64,000 nucleotides of DNA from the human T2T-CHM13v2.0 reference genome, Homo sapiens. The DNA lies in the NCBI RefSeq assembly GCF_009914755.1, contig NC_060927.1; one strand, written 5' to 3'. Below are positions 55,901 through 64,000 of the stretch, in pieces. The translations under genes and the position numbers were made by a program. A model generated the notes under the pieces. The model had not been told where the DNA came from and made no database searches. It saw only the letters and a program-made list of their open reading frames with translations. Position 1 is the first letter of the stretch, and the number at the start of each line of letters is the position of its first letter.

Positions 55901-56353
55901 TCCCTGTAGGAAGGCAACTGGGGCCAGAAAGGCCGGAGCGCTCACTCCGGGATCAGTGGAGCTGGGTGGACTCGGGACTCAGCTGAAAGCAGCTAGTCCA
56001 CGGGCCGCTGCCAGGGACTCCCGTGCCCCACGCACCCCCGCCGGCACATCTCCTGGCCGGGCTCCTCCGCACGCAGCTGCCTCCCTGTGGCCCGGGATGG
56101 CCCTCGGGCGTCACACCAGCGGCTTTCCGCACAGCCCAAGGGACTGGGGTCGCGCCGGCTCCCGCCCCCACCCCTTGCTGCAGAGGGGCAGCCGCCTGCA
56201 GAAAATCAGCAGAGGTAAACCGAGGCGTCGCAAGCGGAGAATGCCTGCTCCAGCGAGGCGTCGCAAGCGGAGAATGCCTGCTCCAGCGAGGCGCTCGCGC
56301 GGGGCCACCGGGAATGTGCGCTGAACTCACCCCGACGCATCCGCCAGCCCCAT
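46946..56353 (-). CDS. SLC26A6: Solute carrier family 26 member 6 anion exchanger (SulP TM domain + STAS, C-terminal PDZ ligand TRL), 759 aa, 21 exons
   Basis: Exons 56353-56331, 54595-54437, 54350-54211, 54044-53934, 53356-53205, 53004-52840, 52761-52609, 52266-52184, 52100-51953, 51680-51567, 51475-51398, 51117-51022, 50938-50832, 50671-50602, 49674-49582, 49501-49394, 48998-48906, 48015-47836, 47645-47591, 47314-47178, 46960-46946. 2280 nt; SulP motif [24 protein letters not shown]; ends VTRL-TGA. Confidence 0.98.
48431..48597 (-). mobile_element. FAM/7SL-derived Alu monomer in SLC26A6 intron 17
   Basis: Single arm retaining the 7SL-like GTGGTTATTCACAGGC; TSD-like TTTGACCCCT..ATTTT on both sides. 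Confidence 0.7.
54596..54658 (-). ncRNA. MIR6824: miR-6824 precursor (mirtron-type hairpin ending at the SLC26A6 exon 2 acceptor)
   Basis: Minus strand reads GTAGGGGAGGTTGGGCCAGGGA (54653-54632) and TCTCTGGTCTTGCCACCCCAG (54616-54596). These are complementary arms that match my recollection of miR-6824-5p/-3p; the 3' arm ends at the intron AG. Confidence 0.85.
55189..55712. repeat. Degenerate minisatellite-like array built on CTCACCTGG/CTCACCTAG units in SLC26A6 intron 1
   Basis: Motif copies at 55189, 55227, 55290, 55322, 55471, 55546, 55576, 55649 and 55686, plus variants; internal higher-order duplication. Confidence 0.7.
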
Positions 56354-57030
56354 GGCTCGCAAGTTGTCCGGTGCGGGCTGCTCCTGCTGCTCGAGCTAGA
56401 GGCCGCTACGCTCCGGAAGGCGGCGCCGGGACCGGGTGAGGCCAGCTGCGCTCTCCCGGGGGCTAATCCCGGGGCAGGACGGGGAGGCTTGGGCCAATCA
56501 GCGCGCTGGGGCGGGGCCTAAGTGGCGCGCGCCGGGCGGGGAGAGACTGGAGAAGGAGGATTTAACCGCTTCCTCCCCGGCGACCTGGCCTATGAGGCCT
56601 CTCGCTGCTCGCCCGGCCCTCTGCCCGGAGCTGGATGGGACTGCAGAACTGGAACTAAGCACCCGCGCCGGGCTGGCCGCAGTCGCGCCCCCAGGCCCTG
56701 AGTAGGTTGGAGCTGATCCCAGGTCCTGGCTCGGCGGAAGGTGCTCACGGAGTGGGAAAAGGAAACTCCACTGGCCGGTGACCCCAGCCTTAACTCGTAG
56801 GGGATCCAGGTCTGTGGGGCCTCTCTTGCCTTCAGCTGAGAGCGCCACCCGCAGGCTTTCTGCGACTACGCATCTCTTTGAGACCCGGAGCCAACGGTCC
56901 CCAAGTCCTCCCCTTTAACTCTGGCCACCCAGGCCAGAAATGGTTGGAGGATCCCCTCCGCTGCACTAAGCACAGCCCGGACGTAGCTCCCAGAAGGTTA
57001 CTGCGCGGGCCGCCGAGGAGAATGGTGGGG
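55950..57030 (-). promoter_or_regulatory. SLC26A6: SLC26A6 CpG-island promoter
   Basis: Dense CpG around exon 1; CCAAT 56494-56498; GGGGCGGGGC 56508-56517. Confidence 0.8.
56221..56293. repeat. Exact 33-bp tandem duplication (2.2 copies)
   Basis: CGAGGCGTCGCAAGCGGAGAATGCCTGCTCCAG x2 followed by CGAGGCG. Confidence 0.95.
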
Positions 57031-57070
57031 GTCAGTGCTGTTGGGTGGGCGTCAGTGCTGTTGGGTGGGC
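57031..57070. repeat. Exact 20-bp tandem duplication
   Basis: GTCAGTGCTGTTGGGTGGGC x2. Confidence 0.95.
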
Positions 57071-57419
57071 AAGGCAGGAACTGCAAGAGCAGTTCCTCAG
57101 GTTGGTTTCACCGCAGGTGAGGGCAAAAAATGCCGGGTCAGGGCTGCAGACCCTGAAGAATTAGGAAGTCCTGTTGCCGTTGCCTTGACCAGCGGGGAGG
57201 TTTTCCTTAGCACCTTATTTTCAGCACCTGTGCTCCAACATCAGGCCCCAATTACAAAGTGAGGGGCCAGATTTCAAGGTGAAAGAGATCTGCCATGAAA
57301 TGGGCTAAAAATAGCTGGATATTCTTGGGAGGGGCTCAGATTCCTCCCAAAGGTCAGTCTGGCTTGAATCATTCACAGCTTCCATCCTACCTCCCCAGCC
57401 CCCAACAGGAAAAGGCAAC

Positions 57420-59164
57420 AACTGTTTTCTATAGAAGTTTATTCCCAAAACAGAGCGCGGCTTCACGGAACAATTTACACAGACAGGAAAGAGGGCCGCT
57501 GGGCTGGAGGAGGGGAACCCCAGAGAGGGGCATCTACGAAACCTAGGACATAGTAAAGACACCCTCCCACCCCCAGCAGGCCACTCAGCCCTTCAAGAGC
57601 TGGGGTCCTTCTCGGTAAGGAGAGTTTGGGTCCTGGCTGGTGGGATTTAGCTCCAGTCAGGGAAGTAGAATTTCTAATCTCCCAGGAAGCTGCTTCCCAA
57701 GAGTATGCATGGGGTGGTGGGTGAGGAGGTGTCTGCACAGACCACCCCCCAGCCCTGCACAGCCACTCTCCCCCGTGGTTAGAGGACGCCTACTCTCAAG
57801 GTCTTCTGGATCTGCTGTTAAACGGGACTCAAGGCTGACCTTCGGCCTGGGAGACCTGGGGGTTAGAAAACCCCTCAAGATGGCCAGGTCAGGGTCCTCA
57901 CAGGTGGGTCCTCCAAGTCCCTCTCCCACTTTCCCTACCTTTCACTTGGAAACAAAGGAAAAAAAATTATCTACTGTAAACAAAGTGTAAAACTCAAAGT
58001 TTTGAGTTGTAAACAAAGTAAAAACATTTTTTGAATCTGGACTTGTAAACAGTAACAAAATTTTAAAGTCTTCAGTTCTGGACAGCAGACAAAATAGCAA
58101 AAGTAAGAGTTTTGTGAACAGGGTCGTAACAGTCATTTTTCCCTTTTTAAGGGAATAAAGGAGGAGTGGAACGGAGTCACTTCCTGCAGCCCAGGTGCCT
58201 AGGGCCACGGAGGATCCTGTAAACATAGGAGGCAGTGGCACCTACATTCTGGGTCTTGAATTCCCTTGTTTCTGCTCCCTTTGCTCACCTTCCCACCCTA
58301 CCCTTCGGAATCAATTCAAGCAGGGGGCAGTGTCAGGGAATCAAATGGCACCACAGACAACTTTTGCTTGCTGCAGGGGCAGGTGAATGACCCCTCCACC
58401 GACCCTCTGCAGGAATGTCTGACTAGAGGCCCGAGCCCCTCCCCGTGGGAGACAGGGAAGCCTTGCTCTGTAAACACGACATCAGCTGCTCCACCAGCAC
58501 CCCACAGCATCAGTCCTAGGTCATAAGGCAGTAAGTGGCAGGGACTCCACATAATAAACACACACATCCACCAGGAGGGGCGGTATGAGCAAGCCCCCAT
58601 GAGGAAGTCAGAGGACCCCTGTTTCCAAGACCAACCCCCAGCCCCAGAAGTTTGGCCTTTGGAGCATTCAATAAAAAGCAAAGAACAATTCTGTACTTTG
58701 GGCCCCTGACGATACTCAGATCAACTTGGGGGTGGAATAGGGGGAGGAAGGCATGTGTCCCACCCATCTGAGTCCACCCCAGGAAGGAGAGAGAGATGAG
58801 CATAGGGTTTGCTCAGGACCCAAATGGGGTCAAACTGCATCTCTCCCTCTATCTCCCTCCCCCTCCCAGCCCAGCCTCAAACCCCCCAGGAGACAGAAAA
58901 GCTGAAAAATAACATAAGCATCTCTCTGGTTACAAAGGTACAAAACGTATAAAAGTCTCCCTCCAGTCCCCCGTCTCTGCACCTGTCACACGCATGCTCA
59001 CAGATGCACATGGAGCCTCAGCCCTGCCACACCAGGTAGAGCTGGGGCACCCACCACTGGGGAGCAGGAGGCTGCCTTGGGATCTGCCCCCACTCCTGGA
59101 GTCTCTCCTGTTAGCCTAGATCCTCTGTCGCCCTCAGCTGTTCCTCGTCCACGCCGTCATCCCC
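57420..59164 (-). other. CELSR3: CELSR3 3'UTR with poly(A) signal at 57438-57443
   Basis: Follows the stop codon; AU-rich block 57950-58150; TTTATT on + strand at 57438-57443. Confidence 0.85.
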
Positions 59165-62100
59165 TCAGGAGTGACCCTCACTTCTGGGAACTCTGGAGGC
59201 ACATGAGGAAATCAGAGGTTGATGCCCAGAGGACTCCGAGTCAGGCGGCTCTGGACTCCCCCACCACATTTGGCCTGGCTGCTTCCCTTGCCTCCACCAC
59301 TGCTCTCGCCTCTTAGCCCCCAGCCCCTTCATGCCCACTCCAGGGTTCTCAGAGTCCTCCATTCCGCGCCCCTAGACTCAGCCAGGCTCCTTGGCTGCCC
59401 AGGTGTTTTCTCTAAGTGCTTCAAGAGCACCTACTGTTTACAGATGCTATATTGAGCACTTGACAGATATTATCTCATAGATTTCCACATCTCAAAGAGT
59501 TTGTTACTACAGACTTCTTTACAGATGAGGAAACTGAGGCCCAGAAAAGCTTGCCTCTGCCTAAGGTCACGCAGCTAGTAAGGTAAGACACAGAGCTCAA
59601 ACTCAAACCTGTGCGACTCCAGAGCCTGGACCCCTGCTCAGTCCCTAGTCTACCTCCCAAACAGCCAGACCCCAAAGCTAGACTGCAGGGGGACCCAGGC
59701 CGTGGGTTAGCTCCCTCTGGTCCCCACCCCCAGCAGCCCTCAGTGCCCAAGCCCCAGGATCCCCAAACCCCTGCTCTTTCCTCCTTCCTTTGTCCTCTCT
59801 CTGCCCTGGGTCCTGCTCAGTTCTGTCGATCCCCTGCCCCACCCCTAGGGCCCCCTTCCTCCCCAAGCCATCTCTTACCCCACAAACCCCCAGAGCCTGA
59901 CCCAGCTGTTTCTCCTCCTTGAAACTCAACTCTCCTCTTGGCTTACAAGAGACCTGGAAGCTCCTGGTTCCTCCCCACTCCCACCAGTCCCTCTCGGACT
60001 CCTGTGTATCCAGCTATTTCCTGGGTCTGTCCGCCATCCCCTTCCCCACAGATGCTTCACACATACCCGAGATGAACCAGGTTCCAACTCAGTTCCTGTG
60101 AGCCCCACCCCAAAGTGTCCACAGACAGGAGGAACTCAATGTTGACTGAATACATCGATGAATGAATGATTTATCCTCAACAAAGCAAGCCCTTCAGCCT
60201 GGTATATCCTGGCACCACTTCCAGCCTCTCCTTGTCCTATATGACCCCCTAGGCGAACCTTCCCAAGCAAGGCCTCCTGCTCTCCTCCCTGCCCCTTGCA
60301 TATTCCAGGTCATCTCCCACTTCTAGGCCTCAGCTCCTGCCCTCCCATTCGCTAGCTCAGCCCATCGGATGGCACCTATTTCTCCTTAGCCTGGGAGGTG
60401 CTGGGAAGGCTGGCTGGCTCCAGTCACACAGCCAGCAAGTCCCTGCTAGTCACACCCCCATTTCTTGCCAGATTCCTGTCCCCAGCCTGTGGCCCTCTGG
60501 CTGTGCTGAGCCTGGGGTAGCCCACACCTGTCTGCCAGCCCTCATCCCCTTCTGTGGCAGAACACAGGGCAGGGCACACAGGAGGTTGCCCTAAGCTGAT
60601 GAGGGTGCAAGCAGGTGGCTGGACCATACTTACTCTGAGTCTGGCGACAGCTCCGAGATGCTGTGAGACGTGGCAGAACGTGGCGTGGAGGGCCCAAGCA
60701 CAGAGGCTGTGGCAGAAGGTGTGGCAGTGGTGTGAGGGCCCAAGGGTGTGCTTGAAGATTGCACAGAGGAGAGGGCCGAGGAGTTGAAAGAGGCAAGGAT
60801 GGAGGAAAGAATGTCCAACTGTTCTGTGGAGGGGCCATGGCTGGGGCCACTGACCGAGTCCTCCCTAGCTCTGAGCAGCTGCGGGAGTGGCCCAAGGGCT
60901 TCTCGTGAGGGGTGCCGGCTAGGCACCTGGTCCAGCTGCTCCCGAGAGTTCGAGCTCCTAGACAGAGAGTCCAGCGGCCGGGATGGCAAGAGGGGGTCCC
61001 TTGAGAGTTGCCGCTGGGGAGACAGGGGCAGAGGTGGGGGCTGTGGGTCAAGGTCCCGGGTGCGGCGGGGCGGAGGCAGCGTGCTCAACCACTCTCGAGG
61101 TGCCCCTAAGTCGAGCGCATCCCGTGACCCGAAGCGGCCAGCCATGGCGCCAGGGTAGTCCCGAGGTGGCTGCCTCCGTGGCAGGGTGCTGCCCCGATCT
61201 TTGGGCTCCAGTCGGCCTGGTGCAGCATCCATGCATTCCTGGGACCCTGGCCGGCTCAGGGGACGTAGAACAGGGGCAGGGGCTTCCTCTAGTCGCTCAC
61301 GGCTCAGTTGCCGCCGGAGGAGCAGGTCCAGCTGTTCTCTAGAAGAGTAGCGGCTGGCTGGCTGTGAAAGGCTGCCCGTGCCCCCGCCAGCATAGATGCG
61401 ACCGTAAGAGGCAGCTGGCACAGCACGGTGGCCCAAGGTGGCTGCACGGCACCAGGACAGCTCAGGGGCACCTCGGGTCTGTGGCACCAGTGGGTATTGC
61501 AACCGGTTCTTCAGGATGCCTGTGAGAGGAAGAAAATGGGGGGCAGGGTTTGTGTGGGAGGGGGAGGGCAGGCAGGAATTGCTGAGTCTAGGGGTGTGGC
61601 AGCCCTTGGGATCCTTCCAACACAGGGATGGGAGCAGGAACCCCTTGGGGAGCAGCAGAGGCAACCCTGGTGGTCCCAGAGAGGCAGCAGGACAGGGGTC
61701 AGAGTGGAAGGGCAGTCATCTTCCAGTTGTGGTCCCGGGGCAGGGGGAGGGCGGGCAGGTCTCATGGTGCAGGGGATGGGGCAAACTCCCTGAGGTCAGA
61801 AGAGGGGCAGCCCTCAGGTCCTGACAATGCAGGCCTGGCTGAAATGCAGGAACCCCCCGGGTTGGACAGGAGCAGTCCCCAGGTCCCTGTGATGCAAGGG
61901 TGAGGGCAGAAACCTCTTCTCCGGGTCCCCATAAAAGCAGAGTAGGGGGCAGAAATCTTCCAGATCAGAGCACGGGCTCTGGGATCTGGGTGGGGGGCAG
62001 GGGGAAGCAGCTCCTAGGGTCTCTGAAAAACAGATGGGCTGGGGCAGGAGTGGTCGCCTGTGGTCCCCCTGTGGTGCTGGCCAGGGTAGAGGGGGACAGA

Positions 62101-64000
62101 GAATTCCCAGGTCAGGACAGGAGCAGTCCCTGAGGACCGTGAAGCAGGCTAGAGAAGCAGAAGCGCCCTAGGTCAGAGTAAGAAGAGCTCTCAGTTTGGG
62201 ATGAGGAAGCTGCAATCCCTTGGCTCAGGGCATGAGCAGCCCCCAGCGTGTCTGCGGTGTGGGCCAGGGCTCAGGGACTGTACCTTTCCTCTGGCGCTGG
62301 GCCCGGCCCAGAGAAGTCTCATCCCCACTGGTCAGGGCCGGGTCTGGCTGGTTGTTGTTAGCTGCATCCTTGCTGGTGTCCAGCCCCAGGCGCCTTTCAG
62401 AGCCCCAAGTCTGCAGAGCACAGGGGGCTGCCTCGCACTCCCCCAGGGCTGGCCAGTAGGACAGGAGGTCATTGCCATCCACATCTGTGGAGCCAGGTCA
62501 GGTTACAGGAGCTTCTGGGTTGATCCCAGTGACTCATGACCCCTGACCCTAATGACCCTTGAAACCCTGGCTGTTCTCATTGAGCAGAGGTGGGAACAGG
62601 AGGGTATCTCCTCAGAGATCAATGGGTGGGGGTGACTGGTGAGCTCCCTCCCCTTAACTGGAGGTGGACAGAGACTAAAAGTTGGGGAACCTGATGACTG
62701 AGGGGTCAGAAAGACCAGGATGAACCCCAACCGCAGGAAAGATGGGGAGCTGGAGGGATAACAAATGGGGCATCCCTTGGTCACCCAAGGGGTCAGAGGG
62801 CGCCTGGCACCTTTGGGGTGGGTGAGGAGCCTCTCACTCTGGGCTGCTCGGCAGAGTGGCCGTTGGAAGCGCCCCCGCGTCCGGCCATTGTCCTCGCTTT
62901 CTGAAGATGGAATGGAGAGACTCCTCTCCTCCTCCAAGGACAGGTCACTGTCAGAGTCGGAGTCTGCGCCTGGAGTTGGGAAAGTCAGAAGTACTTTCAG
63001 AGGTAAGGGACTTGGAGATAAGGGAATTTGGAGTTGAGGGTCTAGAGGTGGGTACGGCAAGGGGGTTAGGGTTGGGGACAGGAACCGGGGCTTGAAGTGG
63101 AGGTAGCAGCAGAAGGGCTGGGACTTATCAGAGGGAAGGACGAATCAGGAGTGGACTGGGAGAACCAGGGCTGGAGAGGTAGGTGCCTCCTGAGGCAGGG
63201 ACCCTGGGGGAGATCGTCCCACCCCAGTCAGCCACTGCTCCCAGTATGGGGTAGAAGAAAAGGGGATGGGGAGAGATCCTCTGCCTCCCTCCTCCCTGCC
63301 CCAGGCCCCAACTCCACCAGCATCTCGATGGAACATGGCCACGTCCAGGTCAGTGGGGCCAGCATGAGCCTGGAGGCTGTGGTCAGTGTGGTCAGCGGCT
63401 GAGCCATGTCGAACCAGGACATTGTCCCTGGAAAAGCAGGAGCCCCCCCACCATGAAAGAGGGATGTGATGGGGTGCCTTGGAGGCTGGAGTGTCTTTGA
63501 GTGCACAGCCAGCTGCGGGTGGAATGGCATCCCTGGGTGTGTGTGGTGGGAAGCATTTAGGGCAGAGGCAGAAGCAGGGCCCCAGATGGCCAAGATGGGT
63601 GGAGCCACCCGCCCTAGGACCTGGTCAGCCAAGCCCTGGTAAGGTGGGGCTGGACTAAGCTGAGTGTTCCCTCACAAGGAGGCTCTTCCTCTCACCTGAG
63701 GTAGCTGCGGCCCCGCTGGCTGTCCTGGTCCTGGGTCCGGCCGGAGCGGGCACTGCTCACAGAGGAGACGGTGGAGGCGCCCAGAGTGATGCGGATGAGG
63801 CCACTCTCCTCAAAGAGAGCCGTGTTGTTGTAGGCCCCAGGTCCCTGGGGGTGGTAGGGACAGAGTGTGAGCTAACCCTGAAGCAGCCTAAAACTCTGGC
63901 TTCTCAGGGCCCCCATCCCGACTCACCAGCCCAGGTGCTGGCCTTGCCTCCTCAGGCGCTGCCTTCCTGCCCAGACAGGCTGGCATCCAGGCAGCCCGAG
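59165..64000 (-). CDS. CELSR3: Cadherin EGF LAG seven-pass G-type receptor 3, last 7 coding exons (cytoplasmic tail; gene continues beyond window end)
   Basis: Exons >64000-63927, 63844-63696, 63427-63318, 62969-62811, 62484-62284, 61519-60634, 59192-59165. Phases are consistent; contains DSDSDSDLSLEE and KGILKNRLQYP; ends EVPRSEGHS-TGA. Confidence 0.97.
59480..59630. mobile_element. MIR SINE in the last CELSR3 intron
   Basis: Core TTACAGATGAGGAAACTGAGGCCCAG...AAGGTCACGCAGCTAGT. Confidence 0.85.

Noticed and set aside
55189-56293. Repeat-spacer appearance suggesting a CRISPR-like array
   Set aside because: Human intronic DNA; repeats are short, degenerate and irregularly spaced, with no cas genes
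55893-56324. ORF with duplicated NLS-like [11 protein letters not shown]
   Set aside because: Merely the translation of the 33-bp duplication on the antisense strand; starts at a non-ATG codon with no other support

Overview
Human genomic DNA (chr3p21.31 by gene content) with five intron-containing protein-coding genes, all on the minus strand. From the window end to its start they are: the last seven exons and 3'UTR of CELSR3; complete SLC26A6 (21 coding exons, 759 aa) with the intronic mirtron-type hairpin MIR6824; complete TMEM89 (2 exons, 159 aa); complete UQCRC1 (13 exons, 480 aa); and the 5' half of COL7A1 (coding exons 1-61, 1796 codons, continuing off the window start). Exon boundaries were read by hand from splice signals and give intact reading frames. 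About 31-46 kb is a dense mosaic of Alus (including a near-perfect AluYa5), L1, ERV LTRs and a hAT transposon fossil. Most ORFs in the supplied track are spurious (antisense, intronic or Alu-derived). I found no wholly new gene system. The best second-look items are: a degenerate ~520-bp array of 5'-splice-site/E-box motifs in SLC26A6 intron 1; five miR-30 8-mer sites in the CELSR3 3'UTR that double as forkhead DNA motifs; a 21-bp palindrome fusing a kappaB site with two STAT sites in the COL7A1 promoter; a poly(A) hexamer inside the TMEM89 CDS; GC-AG introns in COL7A1 and SLC26A6; and apparent non-reference COL7A1 alleles such as Leu595.
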